Virus record (IMG/VR): IMGVR_UViG_3300037141_000177
Coordinates: 9,972-73,971 of that record
Length of the DNA stretch: 64,000 bases
Strand: one strand, 5' to 3'
Origin: a virus
A program made the position numbers and the translations under genes. Below are positions 1-9,508 of this stretch, piece by piece. A model generated the notes under the pieces. It was not told the DNA's origin. It saw nothing but the letters and a program-made list of their open reading frames with translations, and searched no databases. Positions within the stretch are counted from its first letter, which is position 1. Each line of letters starts with the position of its first letter.

Positions 1-129
1 CAGACCGTATCGGCCGATTCCCGCATCAGCAGTGTCACCAGCTCAGTGGCCACGGTGCTTGGCGTAGTGATCTCGACGGACGTGCAAGCACAGACGATCG
101 CCGGAACAACTATTCCGATCACCACTTAA
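1..129 (+). CDS. 3' end of a baseplate wedge protein (gp25/GPW-like), truncated by the window edge
   Basis: Frame 1 is open to TAA at 127-129 (..ADSRISSV..) directly upstream of the baseplate J gene. Confidence 0.5.
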   Translation, partial: QTVSADSRISSVTSSVATVLGVVISTDVQAQTIAGTTIPITT

Positions 130-145
130 CGGATAAGGAAACGAC

Positions 146-1267
146 GTGGCCTTTCAGATCAAGAATTTTGTCTCGATCGTCGCTTCGATGGTGAATCGTA
201 TAAAGGCGACGCAGACGCAGGTCGACGATTTCAACGATGGAGCAATTGGACGTACGCTGGTCGAAGCACCGGCAATTGAAATTGATCAGCTGTACCAGCA
301 GGCGTTCAACCTCGTGAGCGCTGCGATCCCGGTGTCGGTCTACACGTCGTTCAGTTTTGCTGCACTCCCGTCGCTCACGGCGACCGGCCTGGTGCTGGTG
401 AGCATCGCGGCGCAGCCCATCGTGACGCTCGTCTCGGCGGGTTCGCAGTTTACGTCCAGCGGGACGCAAAACGTCTATGCCTCGACCGCGGACGTCTTGA
501 TACCGGCTGGGAGCACCAGCGCCGAAGTGCCGGTTTCGGCCACCTCGAGTGGGGCGGCATCAAACCTCGCGAGTGGCAATGTTTTCACGATGACGCCGGC
601 GGCGACTGGACTCGTCGGTGCGACGAACCTGTCTGCTTTCGTGAGTGGGCGCGATGTCGAAACCGGCCCCCAGCAGTTCATTCGTTTCAACAACTTTATC
701 TCGACACTGCCGCGGGGCACGGTGCCTTCGCTCTACTATGGCCTGTCGCTCACGTTTATCTCGGACGCCTTCGGGAACCTCATCGAGCGCGTGGTGTTCT
801 CGAGTGTGGTTGAGCCATACGTGCTCGATGATACGCAGCCGATCGCTTTGGTTAATGCCTTCATCCACAACGGGGTAGGGAGCACATCAAGTGCGCTCGT
901 CGCTCAGGCTAACAAGATCATTTACGGGTACTACCTGGCGAACGGTACCGCTGTCCCGGGCTGGAAGGCAGCAGGCATTCCAGTGATCATCGCGGCTGCG
1001 ACCGAGGTGCCCCTCGCTGTCACCGGGCGGCTCACGGCGCTGGCTGGGTACGACCAGCCGACACTCTGCGGCCTGGCAGTGACGGCAATCTTCACGTACC
1101 TCCAAAACCTGAACATCGGCGCGACCGCATTGTTCGCGGAGATCAGTGCGTTGGTGATGGCTATCCCGGGCGTGTCGAACTTCGTGTTATCGGCACCGGC
1201 GCCCGGAGTTGACACTCCGTCGACGCCGAGCACGAAAATCATGCCTGGCGTGATCGGAGTGACCTGA
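146..1267 (+). CDS. Baseplate J-like (gp47/XkdT) protein
   Basis: 373 aa with the typical layout (TDFN.G...RTL.EA, SGRDVET..RF, IPGVSN); tail gene context. Confidence 0.85.
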   Translation: MAFQIKNFVSIVASMVNRIKATQTQVDDFNDGAIGRTLVEAPAIEIDQLYQQAFNLVSAAIPVSVYTSFSFAALPSLTATGLVLVSIAAQPIVTLVSAGSQFTSSGTQNVYASTADVLIPAGSTSAEVPVSATSSGAASNLASGNVFTMTPAATGLVGATNLSAFVSGRDVETGPQQFIRFNNFISTLPRGTVPSLYYGLSLTFISDAFGNLIERVVFSSVVEPYVLDDTQPIALVNAFIHNGVGSTSSALVAQANKIIYGYYLANGTAVPGWKAAGIPVIIAAATEVPLAVTGRLTALAGYDQPTLCGLAVTAIFTYLQNLNIGATALFAEISALVMAIPGVSNFVLSAPAPGVDTPSTPSTKIMPGVIGVT

Positions 1268-1269
1268 CC

Positions 1270-2373
1270 ATGCGGCTCACGAAAACGCTCCTCGGCTACC
1301 TGAATCGGGTTTTCAACAAAGACCCGCTTGCGTACCTCGCTATCCAGCTTGACTACATGGGCGGCATGACATGGGAGGTCGCCGACGGGATATTCACGAC
1401 CGTCGTTGTCGGTGGCCCCGGCCAGAACCTCACGGTCGACTTGTCGACATACACCATCGGCGGGCTCGTCGATTATCTTGCCGCGCAGGCTGGTTATTCA
1501 ACGCCTTACTCGGATCACACCGCCGGCTCGAACCTGTCCGCGCTGATCCTGCTCGACGGTACCGGCGACATTTCGCTATCGAACGGCGACCACCTGAACG
1601 CGTATTCGAACGTGCTGTGGGCGTACATGGAGGCGAACGCGGCAGAGCTGCAGCTTGCGGAAACGCAGATTCAGAACCTTGCGCTCGAGATGGCGACCAC
1701 GACCGCAGACTCGGTCTGGCTTGACACGCTGGGCGGTTACTACAAGGTGCCGCGCCTGGTGAATGAGCTCGACGGCACGTATGGTCCGCGCATCATTGCG
1801 CAGGTGCTGCGGCCGGCCAACAACAACGTGGCCCTCGAGGCCGCGATACAGGTCTACACGGGGCAGTCCGCACTGGTGACCGATGTGGTGCTGCCTGGTG
1901 TTACCGGGAATGTCTACAACGGTGCCCATGTACACGACGGGTCAATCTTTTACAACGCAGTGTCGACGCCCATCTACGGGCTGTTCGATGTCGCCTATTC
2001 CTACGATCTGATCAATGGTGGCGATCTGTCCACGTTTCAGGCGACCGTGGTCGGTCTGATCAACACCTTGCGTGCGGCCGGCACGCATATGCGCTCGATC
2101 TCGCTTCAAGGGTCGGTGCTCGCCGATACGCTCACGCCACCGACCGATTCCTTCGGGAACATGAGTGTCGTGCTCGCGCCGGCCGACACGCTCACGCCAC
2201 CGACCGATTCAGTGTTGGCAGGCGCTGCGCTCGCGCCTTTTGCGGACACGCTGGTGCAGCCTTCAGATTCCGACACGCTGACGATCAATTACAACTACAC
2301 GTACAACGGCGTTCGCACATACAACGGGGCCATCAACCATCAAGGCGGGACGGTTGGCACTGAGCATCTATAG
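1270..2373 (+). CDS. Baseplate wedge / tail protein I-like
   Basis: Follows baseplate J; WLDTLGGYYKVPR..E.D..Y..RI motif, YNG repeats, three ADTL..P.DS repeats at ~60-bp period (2122-2270). Confidence 0.65.
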   Translation: MRLTKTLLGYLNRVFNKDPLAYLAIQLDYMGGMTWEVADGIFTTVVVGGPGQNLTVDLSTYTIGGLVDYLAAQAGYSTPYSDHTAGSNLSALILLDGTGDISLSNGDHLNAYSNVLWAYMEANAAELQLAETQIQNLALEMATTTADSVWLDTLGGYYKVPRLVNELDGTYGPRIIAQVLRPANNNVALEAAIQVYTGQSALVTDVVLPGVTGNVYNGAHVHDGSIFYNAVSTPIYGLFDVAYSYDLINGGDLSTFQATVVGLINTLRAAGTHMRSISLQGSVLADTLTPPTDSFGNMSVVLAPADTLTPPTDSVLAGAALAPFADTLVQPSDSDTLTINYNYTYNGVRTYNGAINHQGGTVGTEHL

Positions 2374-2377
2374 CGGG

Positions 2378-2393
2378 GTCGTGACGCCAGACT
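2378..2393 (+). promoter_or_regulatory. Putative late promoter motif GTCGTGACGCCAGACT
   Basis: Intergenic copy of a motif recurring upstream of virion and lysis genes. Confidence 0.65.
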
Positions 2394-2405
2394 GAACCTC
2401 ACAAT

Positions 2406-2870
2406 ATGGAGGTTCGCGTGAAGATTCGCTTTAGGGACAAACTTAAGAAAGGACCGACGGGCGTGCTGTCCTACAGCGTGTTCCGCAATGGCGTACTGAT
2501 CGAGGAAGTGGAAGATCACAACCTGATCGTCGTCGGTTCGCAAGCCACGCACGCGAACCTGCTCGGTGGCAACGTGGCAAACAGAAGCCTCACGCAGATC
2601 GGGTTCGGTACGAATGCCGCAGCGGTGGCGTTTGCCAACACGGCGCTCACCGGAGCGTACGTCAATAACCTCGCTGCGCCGCTCTATCCAGCGTCCAATC
2701 AGGTGAGTTTCGGGTTCGCGCTTGGCACCGCAGAAGCGAATGGGATCGCCATTTCGGAGTTCGGAATGTTGACCGCCGGAGGCGTGCTGTATTCGCGTCT
2801 GGTTAGGGCGCTCCCCCTTAACAAGGGGCCGGACTTGAGTATGTCCGGATCGTGGACAATCTCTTTCTAA
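2406..2870 (+). CDS. Baseplate / tail-fibre attachment protein
   Basis: HNLIV..G, IGFGT and EANG..ISEFG motifs typical of fibre-attachment proteins. Confidence 0.6.
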   Translation: MEVRVKIRFRDKLKKGPTGVLSYSVFRNGVLIEEVEDHNLIVVGSQATHANLLGGNVANRSLTQIGFGTNAAAVAFANTALTGAYVNNLAAPLYPASNQVSFGFALGTAEANGIAISEFGMLTAGGVLYSRLVRALPLNKGPDLSMSGSWTISF

Positions 2871-2889
2871 ACGTTGAGATGAACGGGGT

Positions 2890-3708
2890 ATGAAAAGGTG
2901 TTGTGACTGCAATTTAGACTTGCCACGCGAAAACTTTTCAAAGCGATCTGTCGCGAAGGATGGCCTGAAGCCGTGCTGTAAGTCTTGCGACAGCGCTTAT
3001 ATGCGCGCGCGGCGGATCGCTGATCCCGAAGGAGAGCGCCTTCGAGTTAACACCTATCGGTTAGCCAATGACGCGAAGGTAAAAGCGCGGAAAAAGGTGA
3101 GCTACGATCTTGCAGACCCAATTGTCCGTAAGGAAAAGGGCCGCGCATATTACGAGGCTAACAAAGAGGCGCTGGCCGTGCGACAGCGCGCCTACGCCGT
3201 AAAAAACGCAGTGACCGTCGCAGCGGGCCATGCCGCCTACTACCGGCAAAACAAGGCTCGCCTCATCGCGCATGGCGCCGCCTATAACAAAACAAACCCT
3301 GACGTCCGCAAGCGCGCGCAATCAAACTATTCTGAAAAGAATCGTGTTTCTATAAGTGCGAAAGGTGCCGCCTACAGGCGCGCCAATCCGGAGAAGAATT
3401 TCGAACGCGGACGAAAGTGGCGGCTCGCAAACAACGCGCTGGTTAATTCCTACGGGATTCAGAGGCGTGGAATGCGGCTGAAGCGGACTTTGCTTCACGA
3501 TGCTGAGTTACTTGGTCTGGTCGTGCGCGAAGGCTATGACGTAGCCCTTCTCCGCGAGGCAGCGACTGGCATCAAATGGGAGCTTGATCATACCGTCCCG
3601 CTTCAAAGCAAGCTCGTATCGGGGCTTCACAACGAGCACAACCTGCAGGTCATTACCCGTTTCGAGAACCGCAGCAAATCAAACCGTCATTGGCCTGATA
3701 TGCCATAA
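2890..3708 (+). CDS. HNH homing endonuclease
   Basis: N-terminal CxxC..DGL...CKxC, basic repeats, C-terminal DHTVPL..GLH..HNLQVI...N..K.N; appears less GC-rich than flanks. Confidence 0.85.
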   Translation: MKRCCDCNLDLPRENFSKRSVAKDGLKPCCKSCDSAYMRARRIADPEGERLRVNTYRLANDAKVKARKKVSYDLADPIVRKEKGRAYYEANKEALAVRQRAYAVKNAVTVAAGHAAYYRQNKARLIAHGAAYNKTNPDVRKRAQSNYSEKNRVSISAKGAAYRRANPEKNFERGRKWRLANNALVNSYGIQRRGMRLKRTLLHDAELLGLVVREGYDVALLREAATGIKWELDHTVPLQSKLVSGLHNEHNLQVITRFENRSKSNRHWPDMP

Positions 3709-3724
3709 GTCGTGACGCCATGCT
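3709..3724 (+). promoter_or_regulatory. Putative late promoter motif GTCGTGACGCCATGCT
   Basis: Immediately after the HNH stop, upstream of the tail fibre gene. Confidence 0.65.
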
Positions 3725-3747
3725 GTCCTGAACGCTAAGGGACAGAC

Positions 3748-5661
3748 ATGGCAAGCCAACCAGAAGTCAGCAACTACGACGTAGGCGTTTATCAGCTTCA
3801 AACTTCTGACGGGGTTCAGGGTGGCCTCGGCGGTGCCAGCAACACGCCGCTGTTGAACCTTGCGAACCGCACGAACTGGCTTTACACCCAGCTCAATCTC
3901 GTCATATCGGGTGCCACGATCCCGCCGACAGTAGCGGCGTTGCTCAGTCCGATCTTCAGCGGCTCGCCGACTTCGCCGACCCCGGCACTTGGTGACAACT
4001 CGCTCAAGCTGGCCACCACGGCGTTCGTGCAGGGCACGGTGAATGGGGCCTTGTCGCTGAGTGTCGCCGGCGGGGTGAACGTCAGCCTCAGTGCGGTTCA
4101 AGCGGGTAACGGGATACTGATCCTATCGGGCGCGTTGACGGCCAATATCGCCGTGATTGTGCCGTCCGCATCGCGTAAATGGATTGTCCAGAACCTGACA
4201 ACCGGTGCCTTCACGCTCACGGTTAAAACGGCGTGTGGCGGTGGGATCGCGATCACTCAGGGCAATACGCAGACGGTCTGGTGCGATGGCATCAGTGTCT
4301 TTCTCGCGTCGAACGACTTCCCGAGCGTTGCACTGCTCGGCACGCCTACATCGCCCACTCCACCGGTCGGCGACCAGTCGACGCGTATTGCCACGACCGG
4401 CTTCGCCTACACGCTGAAGAACGGCGTCGTGTCCGTGCCGGTTGGTGGCAACGTCGACGTGACGCTCACGCCTGCTCAGTACGGCGTGGGCATCCTGTTG
4501 CTGACTGGCGTGCTCACCGGGCCGATTAACCTGATCGTGCCTGCGCAGGGCGGCACCTACGTCGTTGCCAACAATACGACCGGCGCGTTCGCACTCAACG
4601 TGGGGGCGGGTGGGGCAGGGACTAAGGCGCTCGTGCCACAGGGTTCCTCTGTCGTCGCCTACTGCGATGCGACGAACGTCGTGCTCGCGGGTGCCGCGGC
4701 GACGAGTTCGTTCTCGCTCTACACGTTCACGGCGACCGCCGGGCAGACCGCATTCAACGCACCGTACACGCCTGGAAACATCGTTTTCATGCAAAACGGC
4801 GCCGTGCTGTCGCCGCTAAATTACACAGCGATCAACGGTGCAAACGTCACGCTTAATGTCGGGGCGACGCTCAACGACGACGTGTCGATCATCGCCTTTG
4901 CATCGTTCACCGTAGCAAACGCGCTGCTGCTCGCCGGCGGCACGATGGCGGGGCCGATCATTCATGCGGGGGGCGACACGGGTGTGACGCCCGCGCAGTT
5001 CAATAACTCGACGTTGCTTGCGACGACGGCATGGGTGACACAGTTAGGGAATATTGCGAGCGGCGTCTATCCGTACAACGCGAATACCGGAATCCCCGGG
5101 TCGGCGATTGGCGGCTTGGTTTATGCGTACGGCAGCGCCGCGCTGGCTTTCAACCTCCCAGGCTCCGCTGCCTTTGGAATCCCGGTTGGTGCGCAGATAA
5201 CAGTCCTCAACGCAGCTTCGCTGGCGATGACCTTGTCCTCTGTGGGCACGGACAAAATCAACATTGGGTCCGTTCAGACTGCGGCCATCATCATTCAGCC
5301 TAACGACACCATTACCCTGACCTGGAATGCAACGTCATGGTTCGCCTCTGGCGGCGCCACGATGTTGACGAAATCAGGGTTGTTCGCCTCGTCCATAGCT
5401 GCACCTGGATGGCAGAAGCTTCCGAGCGGTCTGATTATTCAGTGGGGGAGTTACACCACGTCTTCTCAGAGCATCGGCGTGACGTTTCCGCTGGCGTTCC
5501 CGTCCGCCTGCCTCTCGCTGGCGATGAGCGGGAATACTTTGACTTCCGCCGCAATGGTCGGGACTACCTCAATCTCCAGGACGGGATTTACCGCCGTTAG
5601 TTATGCGTCGGGCGGCACTTATGTGGCGGTGACTTCTAGCTACATTGCTATCGGATTTTAA
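3748..5661 (+). CDS. Main tail fibre protein
   Basis: VYQLQTSD.V.GG..G.SN.P...LANRT N-terminus, PT.PTP..GDNS..LATTAFV repeats, C-terminal GWQKLPSGLIIQWG domain. Confidence 0.9.
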   Translation: MASQPEVSNYDVGVYQLQTSDGVQGGLGGASNTPLLNLANRTNWLYTQLNLVISGATIPPTVAALLSPIFSGSPTSPTPALGDNSLKLATTAFVQGTVNGALSLSVAGGVNVSLSAVQAGNGILILSGALTANIAVIVPSASRKWIVQNLTTGAFTLTVKTACGGGIAITQGNTQTVWCDGISVFLASNDFPSVALLGTPTSPTPPVGDQSTRIATTGFAYTLKNGVVSVPVGGNVDVTLTPAQYGVGILLLTGVLTGPINLIVPAQGGTYVVANNTTGAFALNVGAGGAGTKALVPQGSSVVAYCDATNVVLAGAAATSSFSLYTFTATAGQTAFNAPYTPGNIVFMQNGAVLSPLNYTAINGANVTLNVGATLNDDVSIIAFASFTVANALLLAGGTMAGPIIHAGGDTGVTPAQFNNSTLLATTAWVTQLGNIASGVYPYNANTGIPGSAIGGLVYAYGSAALAFNLPGSAAFGIPVGAQITVLNAASLAMTLSSVGTDKINIGSVQTAAIIIQPNDTITLTWNATSWFASGGATMLTKSGLFASSIAAPGWQKLPSGLIIQWGSYTTSSQSIGVTFPLAFPSACLSLAMSGNTLTSAAMVGTTSISRTGFTAVSYASGGTYVAVTSSYIAIGF

Positions 5662-5663
5662 AC

Positions 5664-6104
5664 ATGAGCCAAAAATACGCACATCTTGACGTCGATCGCT
5701 TTGTCATTGGCTTCTATGCCGATGACTTTCATGAAGCGCATCAGATTCCCGCTGGCGCGGTCGAAATTGATGACGAGCACCACGTCGCGCTCCTCGAGGG
5801 GCAGTCGGTCGGTAAGCGCATGAAGCTCGACGCGAAGGGTCAGGCGTTGCTTGTGGATCCGGCACCGCCGACGAGCGACGAGCTGGCTACCGCGTTGCGA
5901 GGGCGACGCGATGCCGCTCTCGCGGCCACCGACTGGCTTGTCTCGCGCCATCAAGACGAGACGCTGTTCTCAGCCAAGACGACACTCACGAAAGCACAGG
6001 GAGACGCGCTCGGTGCGTACCGAAAGGCGTTGCGTGATCTGCCTGCGGTGAAAGCGTTCCCGTCCGTCGATCTTCCCGCTGCACCTGACTTCATCGGAGC
6101 CTAA
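5664..6104 (+). CDS. Tail fibre assembly chaperone
   Basis: GFY..D.H..IP.GAVEI; R..RD.L..TDW..YR.ALRDLP motif. Confidence 0.85.
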   Translation: MSQKYAHLDVDRFVIGFYADDFHEAHQIPAGAVEIDDEHHVALLEGQSVGKRMKLDAKGQALLVDPAPPTSDELATALRGRRDAALAATDWLVSRHQDETLFSAKTTLTKAQGDALGAYRKALRDLPAVKAFPSVDLPAAPDFIGA

Positions 6105-6107
6105 GCC

Positions 6108-6878
6108 ATGAGCCGTTCTGCAATCCTCGCGCAATTGGCATCCATGCTGCTTCCAGACGCGCTGGGGAACATCCTTCTGCCGCAGTCGCCGCCGCAGTTC
6201 GATAACTCGTTGAAGCTGGTAACCACGGCTGCGATGAAGGCTGCTGGCAATCAAGCATCCGGCGTGTACCCGTATAACGTCAATACCGGTATCCCTGCTT
6301 CGTGCATGGGCGGCCTTGTGTATGCGTACGGATCTAGTTCTCTCTCCTTTAACCTTCCGGGCGCTGGGGCTGCTGGGTTCCCGATTGGCGCGGAAATTAC
6401 GATCCTCAACGCCAGTTCGCAGCCGATGACGTTGTCGGCCGTAGGAACAGACAAGATCAACTTCGGCGCTTCGCAAGTAGGGTCCGTCATCATTCCGGTG
6501 AACGACGTCCTTACGCTGGCCTGGAATGCGTCGTCTTGGTTCGCTTCTAGCGGCGGCGTAATGCTGCAGTATTCTGCATTGTTTGCGGCGAGCCTTGTTC
6601 AAGCCTCTGGCTATCAGAAACTTCCGAGTGGGCTGATTATCGAGTGGGGTATCAGTCAGGCCATTACCAATGGAGCGGGTCCGACTTCAGTTTTGTATCC
6701 ACTCGCGTTTCCGCATGCTCCTCTGGTCGTTTTGGCGAACTATGGCAACTCATCGGGCGCAGCGGGCGGAAACGGGAACCCTTGTAACGCTTATCCGACC
6801 GCTTCGACTTCCGCTTTCGCCATCGTCAATAGCGGTGCGGCGCTTGCTCAGTACAACTTCATCGCACTCGGGAGCTAG
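6108..6878 (+). CDS. Second, short tail fibre / receptor-binding protein
   Basis: Paralogous to the C-terminal ~240 aa of 3748..5661 (SGVYPYN.NTGIP..GGLVYAYGS, QKLPSGLII.WG). Confidence 0.8.
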   Translation: MSRSAILAQLASMLLPDALGNILLPQSPPQFDNSLKLVTTAAMKAAGNQASGVYPYNVNTGIPASCMGGLVYAYGSSSLSFNLPGAGAAGFPIGAEITILNASSQPMTLSAVGTDKINFGASQVGSVIIPVNDVLTLAWNASSWFASSGGVMLQYSALFAASLVQASGYQKLPSGLIIEWGISQAITNGAGPTSVLYPLAFPHAPLVVLANYGNSSGAAGGNGNPCNAYPTASTSAFAIVNSGAALAQYNFIALGS

Positions 6879-6880
6879 GC

Positions 6881-7432
6881 ATGGGTCAAAAATATGCGGC
6901 GTACGATTCAACTGGCGCAATCGTCGGGTTCTACGACTCGATAGACAGCCCTGTCCCGGACGGCGTCAGCGCGATCAAAATCACCGATGCGCAGTGGCAG
7001 GCGTGCTTTAACAATCAGGGCGCATTCGTCGTTGTGAATAATGCGATCGCCGCGGCTCCGCCTCCCGATCCTACGATTCTCCTGGTTGCCACCCAAGCGA
7101 TTGTTAAACAGGCGGTGCGCGACTGGCGTGATGCATTGTTGTTGCTGACGCCGTTTAGCGGCAAGTTCGTCCAGTCGGACCTCACTTCGAAAATCCAGAT
7201 CATGAACATCGTGAATTTGGGTTCGTTGCCGCCTTACGCAACCTATTGGCGCACTAATGACAATTCGTACATGGTGATGACATTCGAGATTTTTGTTTCG
7301 CTGATGGCAACGATTATGAACCGCGAGGGTGCGGCCTACGGAGTGTCCGCGCTGATGCAGGACGCAATCGATAAGTTGACCACGACTGATGCGGTCAACG
7401 CCTTCGATATTAATGTGGGGTGGCCGCTGTGA
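6881..7432 (+). CDS. Second tail fibre assembly protein (DUF4376-like)
   Basis: MGQKYAAYD..G.I.GFYDS..SP.P; WRT.DN motif; ends GWP. Confidence 0.7.
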   Translation: MGQKYAAYDSTGAIVGFYDSIDSPVPDGVSAIKITDAQWQACFNNQGAFVVVNNAIAAAPPPDPTILLVATQAIVKQAVRDWRDALLLLTPFSGKFVQSDLTSKIQIMNIVNLGSLPPYATYWRTNDNSYMVMTFEIFVSLMATIMNREGAAYGVSALMQDAIDKLTTTDAVNAFDINVGWPL

Positions 7433-7938
7433 ATTACGACGACGCACGCGCATTAATCAAGACGAATGACATGATCGCCGTGCGTCGGCGCACGGGCTTT
7501 CTCGCCATCGCTACGCGCATTGTGACGCGCAGTCCATACACGCACACCGGCATCGCTTTCTGGACTCAGGGACGGCTCATGATCGCGCAGTCGAATGCGG
7601 GCGGCTGCAATATCGTGCCGCTCTCGCAGGAAGCGATCTATGACTTCGATGTGTTCGACTGTCCGCCAGCGGCCGTCGATGTGGAAACTTGGGTATGGAG
7701 CACGCTGGGTGCGCGCATTGGGTATGGCTACCTCGATCTGGTACGCATCGCCGCGTTCATCCTGTTCAAGATACCGCTGCCTGTGCATGACGGCGACGAT
7801 CTGGTCTGCTCCGCGCTGTCCGCGTTGATCTATCAAAAGGCGGGATGGTTGCCGGTCGGTCTGCCGTCGATCCCGTGGCCTGCGGCAGTGGTGACGGCGT
7901 TCGTGAATCCCGCGCGCATCGAAGTGCGAATCCCTTGA
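7420..7938 (+). CDS. Permuted papain-like (YiiX/YebB, NlpC/P60-like) enzyme
   Basis: His motif (SPYTHTGI) precedes Cys motif (LVCSAL), with a GYGY motif between. Confidence 0.7.
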   Translation: MAAVNYDDARALIKTNDMIAVRRRTGFLAIATRIVTRSPYTHTGIAFWTQGRLMIAQSNAGGCNIVPLSQEAIYDFDVFDCPPAAVDVETWVWSTLGARIGYGYLDLVRIAAFILFKIPLPVHDGDDLVCSALSALIYQKAGWLPVGLPSIPWPAAVVTAFVNPARIEVRIP

Positions 7939-7959
7939 AAATTCTTTGCGCCAGTAAAC

Positions 7960-7984
7960 AAAGCCGCCCTCGCGCGGCTTTTTT
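7960..7984 (+). terminator. Intrinsic terminator
   Basis: AAAGCCGC-cctcgc-GCGGCTTT followed by a T run. Confidence 0.75.
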
Positions 7985-7989
7985 CTTGT

Positions 7990-8005
7990 GTCGTGACGCC
8001 AGACT
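7990..8005 (+). promoter_or_regulatory. Putative late promoter motif GTCGTGACGCCAGACT (lysis cassette)
   Basis: Directly after the terminator, upstream of the lysis genes. Confidence 0.65.
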
Positions 8006-8088
8006 CAAATCGTGCGTAAGGCGCACATCGAGGCGGTTGAGGCGGACGTTAAGAAGCTTGGTTAGTGGGTCGGTTCAGGGAGCACTTC

Positions 8089-8781
8089 ATGGATGGTAAA
8101 GACGCCCGTCGCAGCGCCATCGAAGGTCCGGAGTGGTCGCTCGAATCATTGGAAATTTTTCTCACGAAAATATCTAACGAGCGTGATCGAACCTATCAGC
8201 AGCGCTGGGAAGCTTCAGAGAAGGCCACAGTAACGGCGCTGAACGCCGCGAAGGAAGCCGTCGCCGCTGCGCTGCTGGCGCAAAAAGAAGCGGTTACGAC
8301 CGCCTTCACTGCGCAGGAGAAAGCGGTTGCGGCGGCGCTAACGGCGGCAGAGCGTGCGGTATCAAAAGCCGAGACCGCATCAGAAAAACGCTTCGACTCG
8401 ATCAACGAGTTTCAGTCCCAGCTTACCAATCAAGCGACTACGTTTTTGCCTCGGGCTGAATTTGATCGGACCTTGCGAGCCATGTCCGACAAGCTCGACA
8501 TCATGGCCGCAACACTGGCGGATAAAACGGACACCAGTTCCAAGGCTTTAGAGGAAAGGATCCAGTCGTCCGCGCGTGCTCTGGACGCCAAAAGCGACGC
8601 GAACGCGCTGAAAATCGACTCGAACAACAAGGCGTTCGGAGCACGCCTCGATGACTTGCGCACGTTCAAGGATTCGAGTTCCGGCCGCTCGCAGGGACTC
8701 AATGCGGGCTGGTCCTATTTACTCGGACTGGTTGCTTTGATCGGTACGTTGGTGACGATTATCTTGGTGATCAAACGATGA
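8089..8781 (+). CDS. Coiled-coil protein with C-terminal membrane anchor, first gene of the lysis cassette
   Basis: Ala/Glu/Lys heptad repeats, C-terminal hydrophobic helix; GGAG before ATG 8089. Confidence 0.6.
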   Translation: MDGKDARRSAIEGPEWSLESLEIFLTKISNERDRTYQQRWEASEKATVTALNAAKEAVAAALLAQKEAVTTAFTAQEKAVAAALTAAERAVSKAETASEKRFDSINEFQSQLTNQATTFLPRAEFDRTLRAMSDKLDIMAATLADKTDTSSKALEERIQSSARALDAKSDANALKIDSNNKAFGARLDDLRTFKDSSSGRSQGLNAGWSYLLGLVALIGTLVTIILVIKR

Positions 8782-8990
8782 ATATTCGCCTGATTGATGA
8801 CATACGCCACATCCACACGTTCTACTCGTTTTGGGCGTTCGTTGCGATCTTCGGATTCTCGACGCTCGAGGCGGCGGCTCCGCTCTTGCAGGCATGGGTG
8901 CCGGTATGGGTGTATCCGCCCGTCTTGGGCCTGCTGGCGATAGCAGGCGCGCTCGTGCGCTGCATCAAGCAGGATCCGCCGCATGCCTGA
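8778..8990 (+). CDS. Holin
   Basis: 70 aa, two transmembrane segments, RLIDD.R start and R.IKQ end; overlaps the endolysin start. Confidence 0.7.
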   Translation: MNIRLIDDIRHIHTFYSFWAFVAIFGFSTLEAAAPLLQAWVPVWVYPPVLGLLAIAGALVRCIKQDPPHA

Positions 8991-9507
8991 TCCGATCCCC
9001 ACACGCGGCCCGGTATCGAAGCGCACGCTGGTCGCGATCGTCGGGGCGGGCGCCGCGGCGATCGTCTTGGGAATCTCGAGCACGCACGAGGGTGTGCGCC
9101 TCACGCCGTACGACGACGTGCTGGGCGGTCATGTGGCGTCGGTGTGCTTTGGCGAGACGAACGTCGCCATGCGCCGGTACACGCTGGGCGAATGCAAGCA
9201 GTTGCTCGCTACCAGCCTGGCGGGGTACGCGGCCGGTGTGCAAGCCTCGACACCTGGATTCGACGCGCTCACGGACGGGCAGAAAGCCGCGGCGATCGAC
9301 TTCGCGTACAACGCGGGGCTGGGCACCTGGCAGGTGTCCAGTATCCGCAACGCGTACGCGCGGCATGATTTCCCGGCCGCGTGTCAGCGCTTCATGCTTT
9401 ACACCTTCACGAATCACGGCAAGATCGATTGCAACATCGCGGCCAACAAATGCGCCGGCATTCCCGCCCGTCGCCGTGCTGAACGGTCCGCTTGCCTCGG
9501 AGACTGA
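8983..9507 (+). CDS. SAR endolysin (GH24 lysozyme)
   Basis: Ala/Gly-rich SAR helix, HEG.R..PY.D..G...CFGET, DFAYN.G, G...RR..E...CL. Confidence 0.9.
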   Translation: MPDPIPTRGPVSKRTLVAIVGAGAAAIVLGISSTHEGVRLTPYDDVLGGHVASVCFGETNVAMRRYTLGECKQLLATSLAGYAAGVQASTPGFDALTDGQKAAAIDFAYNAGLGTWQVSSIRNAYARHDFPAACQRFMLYTFTNHGKIDCNIAANKCAGIPARRRAERSACLGD

Positions 9508-9508
9508 C

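Noticed and set aside
3748-7432. Diversity-generating retroelement or invertible tail-fibre shufflon
   Set aside because: No reverse transcriptase or invertase in the window, both fibre genes are in the same orientation, and their differences are not adenine-specific.
8831-9508. 389-aa ORF 8831..10000 as one protein
   Set aside because: Its 5' part overlaps the holin and endolysin out of frame; the plausible gene starts at ATG 9509.
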